Positions 17,291 through 24,950 of a DNA stretch of 25,751 bases are shown in pieces (within the stretch, counting starts at the first letter, position 1; each line of letters begins with the position of its first letter). The translations under genes were made by a program, and so were the position numbers. The notes under the pieces are model-generated. The model did no database searches and was not told the origin of the DNA. It saw only the letters and a list, made by a program, of their open reading frames with translations. Source of the DNA: a virus (taxonomy: Duplodnaviria > Caudoviricetes); the IMG/VR virus record IMGVR_UViG_3300007231_000040, positions 1 to 25,751 of that record; one strand, given 5' to 3'.

Positions 17291-17552
17291 GGTATTTAAC
17301 TTTTATGACCATAGTTTCGTCTCCATCTGTTTGTGTTATGTATGTTTCTCCTTTTTTGTGGAGCTCATTCATAGCTTCTTCTGAAATGGTCATTTCGTGG
17401 TCATATTCTCTCTCCTCAGTATCATCGCGGTCGTCAGATTCTTTATTATAATCTTCGTTTGACTTAATTGTCATAAAGCGATCATTTGACAATTGAATTG
17501 TGGCGACAAATTTGCTGGTTTCTTTCTCTTTGTTTTCTTCAGGTAAACTCAT
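17283..17552 (-). CDS. Small acidic hypothetical protein (89 aa, MSLPEEN...)
   Basis: The track's GTG start at 17567 is the GTGTAT motif itself; ATG at 17552 lies 9 nt after it, matching other genes. Confidence 0.65.
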   Translation of the reverse strand: MSLPEENKEKETSKFVATIQLSNDRFMTIKSNEDYNKESDDRDDTEEREYDHEMTISEEAMNELHKKGETYITQTDGDETMVIKVKYQS

Positions 17553-17561
17553 AATATTATT

Positions 17562-17567
17562 ATACAC
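17562..17567 (-). promoter_or_regulatory. GTGTAT motif upstream of small acidic gene
   Basis: 9 nt before ATG 17552. Confidence 0.65.
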
Positions 17568-17573
17568 TAAAAT

Positions 17574-19433
17574 TTAATCAATAAACATAGGCGTGAATGT
17601 ACCTTGGTTTGTTTCAATCTTGTCATCAGTCATATCGTAATGTACGTTCAACATCCAATTGCCAAGTATTAAAGCGGAATAGGAGTCTTTTCTTGCTTTG
17701 TCTGCACCTCTTTGCTTTCTTAAGTTTAAAGGAAGGTCGAAACTTTGAGTTCCTTGTGTCGACGTAGAAACCTGAACCATAGCACACTCCACTTTTATCA
17801 AATCCATCATATCTTTCTGATGCTCTACAAAGTCAATCATTTTTGAGGCCTCTGAAGATTCATTATAGTTGTTTATGAACTTTAATTTTTTTATTGGGAT
17901 ATTTGACTTCCTTTGTTTGTTGTAGTCGTCATCCATAGCCGCGCCAGCAAAGAATATTCTCTTGTGATCAAAAGAAGCCTGAAGAAGTTCGTTTGCATAC
18001 CTTATCCATTTAGAACTAGGCTTCCTTAAGAATACGAAAGTCCTATTGTCCTTGTTGTACTGCCTCTTTAAATCACGAAGACCTTTATCGTAGTTTTGGT
18101 GATCGTCTAAATCGGCATCAATCAAGTTTAGTTTTATTTTTTTATCTTTAAAAATACTACTCTCGTTACATGAGTTTAAGAACTGGACACCGCCATTGTA
18201 GTCACCAACCACAGAAACAATATTGAAGTTTTCTAGTATGTAAGCCATATAGTTAATGTGTGTTTTCAGGTTAGATCCTGATAAAGCATAACTATGAACT
18301 ATTGTACCCTTTTTGGTTTCCTTATTAAGCTTAATAACCATCATGGCAAAGTCATCTGACCCGTCACTCTCTGACCAAGAAGGGTCAAAGGCTAATATAT
18401 ATTCATCCCCAGGTTGACCTTTAACTTCCACACATTGACCTTCTCCATCTGGTATTGTACATGCTGCCATCTTACTAACCTTGAAGTAACCAGAGCTATC
18501 GTCTGTAAACACAGCCATAAATTCTCTATCAAACTGAGACTGACTCATTGTTGCTTTTGCTTGATCAATAAGGTTCTGGTCGTATAGTTGGGGCGGCGCA
18601 CAGTCATAACTAAAGTGCATTATAGTTCTATGAGCCTTGTCTTGCTCGTTTTCATTGAGAATCAATGACTCATATTGAGAATACATCTTGAATAAATGTT
18701 CGAACCTGTAAGACGCAGAAGACAAACCAATAATTTTGTTGTTCGGCCACTTATGACGGTCCTCTTCCTTCATCTTTCCTTGTTTAATCATCTCTGTTTC
18801 AACATCATGAATTTCTTGTCTTTCTGTTGGGTTTTTAATAACAGACAGAAACGGCATTATAACCTCGTTCAAAACCTTCTCTGGCATAAGAAGAAGTTCA
18901 TCAATAATCATCCGCTCAAAACGGAAACCACGAAGCTTCTCTCCGTCGCCAAGAGGCAAAGCAGTAATTTTACTTCGACCGAGTTCCATTACCCATTGAT
19001 CATTAGCTTTTGACACCCTTGTAATACATTGAGAAAGAAATTCGGCCTTTGGGCTCTGTGCTATCTCTTCCATCTTAGTAAATATCATTTTTGACTGTCG
19101 AAAAGACTTAGATATAATTCCAATGTGAACACCTTGGTTTAAAATAGCGTCTAATAGCGCAAAAACGGCCGTAGAGAAGCTTTTGGACATTCCGCGACTC
19201 CATATGCCCAAAAAGTAATCGGTCTCCATCATGGCCTTTATGGACATATGCTGGAAAGGGAACAATTTTACCCCAGTAATAAACTCAGCCGCGAAAGATG
19301 GGTTTTGCCTTAAGAATTTATAAAGCAATAATTTAGCTTCCTCTTCTTCGAGGTATCCATCCATTTCCAGAATCTCTTTATTGATGTCTGGGAACCTATT
19401 TCTAGATTCTTGTATTCCTGCTTCCCAACTCAT
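17574..19433 (-). CDS. terL: Terminase large subunit (619 aa)
   Basis: LFPFQ Q-motif, Walker A-like WSRGMSKS, LRG, Walker B MIIDE, nuclease AFDP...DD and KDSYSA; upstream of portal. Confidence 0.93.
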   Translation of the reverse strand: MSWEAGIQESRNRFPDINKEILEMDGYLEEEEAKLLLYKFLRQNPSFAAEFITGVKLFPFQHMSIKAMMETDYFLGIWSRGMSKSFSTAVFALLDAILNQGVHIGIISKSFRQSKMIFTKMEEIAQSPKAEFLSQCITRVSKANDQWVMELGRSKITALPLGDGEKLRGFRFERMIIDELLLMPEKVLNEVIMPFLSVIKNPTERQEIHDVETEMIKQGKMKEEDRHKWPNNKIIGLSSASYRFEHLFKMYSQYESLILNENEQDKAHRTIMHFSYDCAPPQLYDQNLIDQAKATMSQSQFDREFMAVFTDDSSGYFKVSKMAACTIPDGEGQCVEVKGQPGDEYILAFDPSWSESDGSDDFAMMVIKLNKETKKGTIVHSYALSGSNLKTHINYMAYILENFNIVSVVGDYNGGVQFLNSCNESSIFKDKKIKLNLIDADLDDHQNYDKGLRDLKRQYNKDNRTFVFLRKPSSKWIRYANELLQASFDHKRIFFAGAAMDDDYNKQRKSNIPIKKLKFINNYNESSEASKMIDFVEHQKDMMDLIKVECAMVQVSTSTQGTQSFDLPLNLRKQRGADKARKDSYSALILGNWMLNVHYDMTDDKIETNQGTFTPMFID

Positions 19434-20350
19434 TTTTCTTTTAAGTATTTAGCCCAAAAATAATTAATATCTGTCTCCCATAATTGTTTACCCATAACAA
19501 GCAGTTTTGGTATCAACAATTCACTCATATCTCTAGACCCAGAAAATACAAACTGACAACAGTCACTGTATTCTTTCTGTAACTTTCTAGTATTATGAAA
19601 AACATAATCTAATTTGTATTTTTTGTAGCTCTTTTTGTTTAATTCTTCTATTTCCTCGAAAGGAACCTCCATTACAACGAATAAATAACACCCTAACGCA
19701 CGGCACCTCTCCAACTCTTTGCAAAATCTAGCATACCCAACTGTTGTTGTTCCGCAAAAATCACCGAAAGACTTTCTGTCTACATGGGTATAATCATAAT
19801 CAGAAGATTCAACAGAGTAATCGCCAATATCTGATTTATATTTTTCAGAGTTTTTAAACCTTAATGGTTGCTGTTCTCTGGTATCTATTAATACTTTGAC
19901 ATTTGAATAATCATTAAAAAATTCTTTTGGCAAATTCTTACCCAATAACGGTTTAACTTCACACTTTTCACAGGCCGCAGTATAGCTGCCAAAATACTTT
20001 TTGTATATGTCAACAGGCGGCAAGCCTGATGTCAATAGCTCCAACTCCGTTGGGCCGTAGTTTAAATCCTTTTCTTGCACCCTTTTAGCTAAAAGTTCAG
20101 CAATGTATTCTTTAACGTCGCTTTCTTTCGCTGTGTTGCACCACTCCATAAGTTGATGCGGTTGAGAGAAATCTTTGGAAAAATATTCGTCGTAATTCTT
20201 GAATGGCAGAAGATCGCCAGTAAGTTTGTTCTTTCTAGCAAAGTGTTTTACATAGTAGTCGCCAAGAAACATCTTGTGCTTCTTGATGTGCGCATGTAAG
20301 CTTCTCAGGGTTTCGAAGTCCTGATCGCATTCTTTACAGTTAAATGACAT
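19430..20350 (-). CDS. C2H2 zinc finger plus ERCC4/XPF-like nuclease (306 aa)
   Basis: CKEC-x12-H-x3-H at the N-terminus; IDTREQ...GDY...DRKSFGD matches ERCC4 motifs; overlaps terL by ATGA. Confidence 0.8.
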   Translation of the reverse strand: MSFNCKECDQDFETLRSLHAHIKKHKMFLGDYYVKHFARKNKLTGDLLPFKNYDEYFSKDFSQPHQLMEWCNTAKESDVKEYIAELLAKRVQEKDLNYGPTELELLTSGLPPVDIYKKYFGSYTAACEKCEVKPLLGKNLPKEFFNDYSNVKVLIDTREQQPLRFKNSEKYKSDIGDYSVESSDYDYTHVDRKSFGDFCGTTTVGYARFCKELERCRALGCYLFVVMEVPFEEIEELNKKSYKKYKLDYVFHNTRKLQKEYSDCCQFVFSGSRDMSELLIPKLLVMGKQLWETDINYFWAKYLKEK

Positions 20351-21389
20351 CGTCTTGACTTATCCCTAATACTCTAGCCTTCCATTCAGCCATTCCCTCA
20401 AGTCTTTCGGCCTCTTTCTTGGCTGTCATTTTCTGCATCTCTGCCATCCTTACCATGTTGTCTCTCTCTTCTTTCTCTTGAAACAATTGAACAATTGACA
20501 AAATAGAAGCATTGTCTTTGGTTTTGTTTTGCATTCTTGTAGACCTGTCGCCTTGGAGTTTTTTAGTAAGGTTTTCTATTCTTCCTTCACACTGGTGGTA
20601 TTCAGAACTTTTTGCCTTAATAATTTCAGCGAGACGTACGGACATTTCTGTTTGATCGTCTGCGACGTCAAACATATCGTTAAGTTTGTTGAGGTGCTTG
20701 CTCACAACCTCCAAGTTAATGATTTCCTTGCATACGTTTAGGTAAAGGTTGATTTCGTCTGCCGTAAGGTCAGGCTTATCCCATGTAAGACGTATAAATT
20801 CCTGCTCGAATAAATCTCTGTCACTTTTGTCTAAGTAATTATTCATTATCTTAAGGAAACGTGAGTTGTTTAAGTGAATGCCAAGCCTCTCGACACAAAC
20901 TTGGTATTGTCTATTTAATTTGTTCTCGTCAAACGTATTGCCAGTTGCATCGTTAATCTTTTTTATGATTCGGCTAGTGGCTTTCGGGGCAATGTAAGAA
21001 TCCAAAGCGCCGCTGTCTTGAGTAGGCAGGAAATCGGGGTTGACAGTCTGTATGTGCGCGAGAACAGTTCTTTGCTCATTGCTTAATGCTGTAACGTTTT
21101 TATGAGGGAATACCAACTTAGCTATTGCGAGTGAAGAAATTCCGTCTCTAGCTTGATCTATAATAAACTCGCCTTGTTGTTCAGTTAGTTCTATTTTTTT
21201 GCACTTTTTGGGCTTTGTTGTCTTGTAGTTGAGCCCTTTCTCGACTAAAAAAGCAGCAACCAACTTACCCTCTTTGTTTCTGCCGTCTAAACTATCGTCC
21301 TCAAAACATCTTTTGGTCAGGATGTTTAAATCTGTTACCTTTTTATAGTTTTTAATTAAAAAGTCTTCTTGTTCTGTTGTTAGTTTCAT
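20340..21389 (-). CDS. Helical/coiled-coil protein with HTH-like N-terminus, possible terminase small subunit (349 aa)
   Basis: ORF is clear; LTEQQGEFIIDQARDGISSLAIAKLVF is HTH-like; two genes upstream of terL. Function is inference only. Confidence 0.4.
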   Translation of the reverse strand: MKLTTEQEDFLIKNYKKVTDLNILTKRCFEDDSLDGRNKEGKLVAAFLVEKGLNYKTTKPKKCKKIELTEQQGEFIIDQARDGISSLAIAKLVFPHKNVTALSNEQRTVLAHIQTVNPDFLPTQDSGALDSYIAPKATSRIIKKINDATGNTFDENKLNRQYQVCVERLGIHLNNSRFLKIMNNYLDKSDRDLFEQEFIRLTWDKPDLTADEINLYLNVCKEIINLEVVSKHLNKLNDMFDVADDQTEMSVRLAEIIKAKSSEYHQCEGRIENLTKKLQGDRSTRMQNKTKDNASILSIVQLFQEKEERDNMVRMAEMQKMTAKKEAERLEGMAEWKARVLGISQDDVI

Positions 21390-21391
21390 TT

Positions 21392-22093
21392 TTAATCTCC
21401 GTCGTTTATTATTATGTCGTTTTCTTGAATAATTTCAGAAGCTTTCTCCTGAAACATCTTTTTTAAATTCTTTACTTGCCTATACCCTGCTTTACGCTTC
21501 TTCTCGTTGGTTTTGTATCCCATCATTTTTGCCACATCCTCCTCAGTCGCATCTTTGAAATACAACATCTCATAAGCAGAGTAGTGAACCTCGCTAAGAC
21601 AAATTTTCATGTAATGATTTAATTTCTCAATGCACGAATTAAAACACATTTCACTTTCTGGGTCGTAACTCATCTCATGAAGATGGTTCTCAGAAGGGAC
21701 AGCAATCTTTAAATCAAATGCCGCCTTTTTAGTCTTCGCCCACTTAGCATACTTGCTACACTCGGAGTTTTGGGATTTACTAGGTGTATAAGAACAAGCC
21801 TCATCCCCCATATTAAATTCACAATTAGAACATGGCTTAATATAATTACCATAATGGTTCCTAACCAGATTTCTTATCTGATTTGTAACTATAATATTGA
21901 TCCAAGGCTCCAAGGGCCTCTTTTGATCCCACATATCCCACTTATTGTAGATATGTAGTTTTATTACCTGCTCTACATCTTCAAAGTCAAACCAAGCAAT
22001 ACAATCCAATCTCCAACGGCTCCGTTGTTTTCTGATTGCTGTTTCTATTACTTCTATATAATCCTCAAATCTTTTTTTATCGCCGTTTGTCAT
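21392..22093 (-). CDS. Phage sigma-70-family (ECF-like) sigma factor (233 aa)
   Basis: Region 2-like DFEDVEQVIKLHIYNKWDMWD...WINIIVTNQIRNLVR and region 4-like LSEVHYSAYEMLYFKDATEEDVAKMMGY. Confidence 0.8.
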   Translation of the reverse strand: MTNGDKKRFEDYIEVIETAIRKQRSRWRLDCIAWFDFEDVEQVIKLHIYNKWDMWDQKRPLEPWINIIVTNQIRNLVRNHYGNYIKPCSNCEFNMGDEACSYTPSKSQNSECSKYAKWAKTKKAAFDLKIAVPSENHLHEMSYDPESEMCFNSCIEKLNHYMKICLSEVHYSAYEMLYFKDATEEDVAKMMGYKTNEKKRKAGYRQVKNLKKMFQEKASEIIQENDIIINDGD

Positions 22094-22403
22094 TAATAAA
22101 GTCTTCTAAGTTTTTAGAACCTCTATTTCTGACTCTTGAGTTTTTTGGCTCTTCTCCCGCTAAAGATCCAAGGGTAAATATATTTTCGTCGTACTGTTCA
22201 ACATCAAATTCAAGCCTATCTATATCAGGAATGAAATCTATAGACGTTTCGTCATCAGATAGTTCTTCCTCTACAAATTTAGGCTTAGACAAACTGCTTT
22301 TTGAAACGGGACCAGTGGTTACGCCGCATTTAGAACAGAAATTGGGCTTAGAGAGAGCAAAGCTCATCTTGTTGCCACATTCGGTACAAAACATATGGTT
22401 CAT
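22077..22403 (-). CDS. Zinc-ribbon protein with acidic C-terminal region (108 aa)
   Basis: FCTECG and FCSKCG knuckles; overlaps the sigma gene start. Confidence 0.8.
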   Translation of the reverse strand: MNHMFCTECGNKMSFALSKPNFCSKCGVTTGPVSKSSLSKPKFVEEELSDDETSIDFIPDIDRLEFDVEQYDENIFTLGSLAGEEPKNSRVRNRGSKNLEDFINDKRR

Positions 22404-22436
22404 ATATCTTAATATACGGTTTTATTGGGTTTTTTC

Positions 22437-22515
22437 AAAAAAAATCAGTTAGTTATGAAATATTTTTTTATATTAGCGCTTTTCGCAGCTTTAGCGTAAA
22501 TCTTTACTTACTGAT
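22437..22515 (-). ncRNA. Candidate ~79-nt small RNA or attenuated leader
   Basis: Begins 8 nt after GTGTAA; its ends form a 10-bp inverted repeat (one mismatch) running into a T8 tract; no ATG-started ORF. Confidence 0.4.
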
Positions 22516-22523
22516 AATATATA

Positions 22524-22529
22524 TTACAC
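22524..22529 (-). promoter_or_regulatory. GTGTAA motif upstream of candidate small RNA
   Basis: 8 nt before the inverted-repeat arm at 22515; 120 nt from the next ATG. Confidence 0.6.
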
Positions 22530-22544
22530 TAACAAAAAATAAAT

Positions 22545-23465
22545 CTACAAAAGTACTTCGCTTATGGCGGCTTGGGTCTTGATTACATCACCGCCCTGAA
22601 TACCATAACTATAAGTATTGACTTTCGCACCACTATTGGCCGCGAATTCAAAACCGTCATTATATTCTGGCAGTATCTTGTTGCCATCTATGTCTTTAAC
22701 AATTAAAGCAACGGGCTCTTGTAATTTTATACCATCATAATCGGCGAAGTTACTTATCCCAGTTGATTCTAGCTGTATTTGAGATTCTACAGCGTCAATC
22801 AGAAAATTTGTAGGCTTAGTACTTCCTAATGTATAAACTGGTGTTCTAGCATACCTCTTAGAAAAAGACATACTAGGAATAACGTCCCCATAAACAACAT
22901 CATCATACACTCCGCTTAACTCACAGGTGTTGGCGGTTATTATTGAGCGTCCACTCATATAATCATTGTAAGAATTAAAATTAACATCCGCCTCTTGTTT
23001 TGTTTCTCCCTCGGTAGGTGGATCGAAACACTTAAAGTTAGCGTTCACCTTTAAGGGGGCAAAAGCAGAAACTTGCACAGTATAATCCTGAATATAACAC
23101 CTGTTGTAAATATTTGCGCCAATTCTGATCGGAAAATAATTAGCTCCCGTTCCATTACCCAAAATGTTGCCTTTATAATTAGCACCGTCCATTAAAAACC
23201 CGTAAACATTCTGACCATCTACTCCTTTTTTAGGATAAGAGTAAAAATTAAATGCTAAACTAATACTACATGAAGAATCAGATGTATAAACATATTGATT
23301 GTCTTTATCAATACTAGATCCCAACCTCCTGTTCGGGATAGACGCAGATGAATAACTCACAGAGACGCCGTCAGCATAAAGCATGAAGTCTTTATGAAAA
23401 CCCCAATCACTAACAAAATCTCTATTCCCGTACCCAATATATACTGGAAAATTCTTATACGTCAT
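22545..23465 (-). CDS. Divergent tail-tube-fold protein, possible tube initiator or minor tail ring (306 aa)
   Basis: YIQDYTVQVSAFAPLKVNANF aligns with FLTDYTLDLSVGSLPTATASF, and RTPVYTLGSTKP with RTPIERLGSKFP, of the tube proteins. Confidence 0.6.
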   Translation of the reverse strand: MTYKNFPVYIGYGNRDFVSDWGFHKDFMLYADGVSVSYSSASIPNRRLGSSIDKDNQYVYTSDSSCSISLAFNFYSYPKKGVDGQNVYGFLMDGANYKGNILGNGTGANYFPIRIGANIYNRCYIQDYTVQVSAFAPLKVNANFKCFDPPTEGETKQEADVNFNSYNDYMSGRSIITANTCELSGVYDDVVYGDVIPSMSFSKRYARTPVYTLGSTKPTNFLIDAVESQIQLESTGISNFADYDGIKLQEPVALIVKDIDGNKILPEYNDGFEFAANSGAKVNTYSYGIQGGDVIKTQAAISEVLL

Positions 23466-23473
23466 AAAAGTTT

Positions 23474-23479
23474 ATACAC
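23474..23479 (-). promoter_or_regulatory. GTGTAT motif upstream of tube-like gene
   Basis: 8 nt before ATG. Confidence 0.65.
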
Positions 23480-23486
23480 TATTTTG

Positions 23487-23786
23487 TTACGCAGTGCGCT
23501 TCAATAACCTTTTTAAGCAATTAGGGGAAATATCATACAGCCATAGCCCGAAATTAATCATTTTTACCAAATTTTTTGGTATTTTATACCTCCTAAGTAG
23601 TTTTATAAAGCTTTTTCTGTTGTGCTTGGCAGTGTTAGGGTATTTAAACGTCAACCAATCATGGAATTTACCACCACGGTCAATCAAAGCCATGGTTTCC
23701 TCGCCGTATTTCTTCAAAATCCACTTTCTGAAGAATTTTGGTAGTGTAGCTCCGTCGCTTTTGTCGTAATTTTCCCACTCAGCCAT
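23487..23786 (-). CDS. Basic hypothetical protein (99 aa)
   Basis: ATG start, fills the gap, preceded by GTGTAA motif. Confidence 0.7.
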   Translation of the reverse strand: MAEWENYDKSDGATLPKFFRKWILKKYGEETMALIDRGGKFHDWLTFKYPNTAKHNRKSFIKLLRRYKIPKNLVKMINFGLWLYDISPNCLKRLLKRTA

Positions 23787-23800
23787 AATTGCGTAAATTA

Positions 23801-23806
23801 TTACAC
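23801..23806 (-). promoter_or_regulatory. GTGTAA motif upstream of 99-aa gene
   Basis: 14 nt before ATG. Confidence 0.6.
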
Positions 23807-23816
23807 TATTTAGCCG

Positions 23817-24893
23817 CTACTTAACCAAAACACTCCCACTAATACCCTTTTTTATAATAGATTTGGCCTTTTCAATATCATCCCCCGACAAATCGAACCA
23901 CTCGCCACGAAAACGTTTAGAATCAAACAGTGTATGTAAATACCTTTCTGTTTCATTCATATGCAAAACCTCACGATGAAAAATAAGATTCACTTCTGGC
24001 TCTTGGCTTTGCAACGTTCTCTCTCTATATACAGGTTTGTCTTTTGTTCTGCCTATCTTTATCCGACCATTTAAGTCGCTCTTCATTAAATAAACATTGC
24101 CGACTTCTGTGTATTGGTTAGAACTATAATCAACTTTCTTTTTAGCGCTTTCTTTGGGGGTTGCCTTTGTTTTTTCTTTTTTCTTTTTAAAATATTCCTT
24201 ATTGTGTTTAATAGGGGTTGGGTAAATAGATTCTTCTAATTCCATTAGTTCTTCGCTATTTCTTTTCTCCCCTGCCTTATTCCAAGAATTTAAATAGTCT
24301 TTTCTGCTCATTTTTTTATGTTTGCAGCATCTTTTATAAAACACAGCTTGAGTTCGAAGGTTAGCTAAATAAGTGTCGCTAAATATATAACCAACAGCAT
24401 CTTTGTTTTCATTACAATCTAAGTCGCCACAAAATGGACATAAGGTTGCCGAATCTTCATAAAAAATATGAATATTTCTATCACCCATAACATAGTGAAC
24501 TTTAGATTGATTCATTATGTTTATATCAACAATATAATATTTAGGTTTACCAGAATACAAAACCCTTTCCTCTAAAGATCTAGAAGACTTCTCTATGTAA
24601 CAAAAATCATTCTCTTTTCTGTAGTAGTCGGAACTCCAATTACCTAAATGCTTAAAATCAAAAACACGATCACACGCATGAACAATAGTATTCTTGAAAT
24701 CTAAATTTCTTATAACTATAACATCCTCATGAGGAACGCCTAATGTATCAAACATTTTAATATATTGATTACGTTTTCTCTTTTTAAGATCTTTTTCTGC
24801 TTCCTGTTGTAAACGCTCTTCTTCTTGCTTCTTCTCATGCTCCAATAAAAGCCTCTGTATTAAATCTTCTTTAGTCTCTGTTTTCATCTCCAT
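23817..24893 (-). CDS. Protein with C-terminal T5orf172/MUG113 GIY-YIG-like domain (358 aa)
   Basis: GNVYLMK...IKIGRT...RERTLQ...ERYLHTLFDSKRFRGEWFDL signature. Confidence 0.85.
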   Translation of the reverse strand: MEMKTETKEDLIQRLLLEHEKKQEEERLQQEAEKDLKKRKRNQYIKMFDTLGVPHEDVIVIRNLDFKNTIVHACDRVFDFKHLGNWSSDYYRKENDFCYIEKSSRSLEERVLYSGKPKYYIVDINIMNQSKVHYVMGDRNIHIFYEDSATLCPFCGDLDCNENKDAVGYIFSDTYLANLRTQAVFYKRCCKHKKMSRKDYLNSWNKAGEKRNSEELMELEESIYPTPIKHNKEYFKKKKEKTKATPKESAKKKVDYSSNQYTEVGNVYLMKSDLNGRIKIGRTKDKPVYRERTLQSQEPEVNLIFHREVLHMNETERYLHTLFDSKRFRGEWFDLSGDDIEKAKSIIKKGISGSVLVK

Positions 24894-24922
24894 AATCTTA
24901 AAGTAATCGGGGTATATTAATT

Positions 24923-24950
24923 ATTTTATATTCTTTTGTTTATTTGTCAA
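24923..24950 (-). promoter_or_regulatory. Host sigma-70-type promoter TTGACA-N16-TAAAAT
   Basis: Seen directly, about 30 nt upstream of ATG 24893. Confidence 0.65.

Noticed and set aside
22437-22515. tRNA gene
   Set aside because: Similar length but no cloverleaf, TTC-loop or CCA end.
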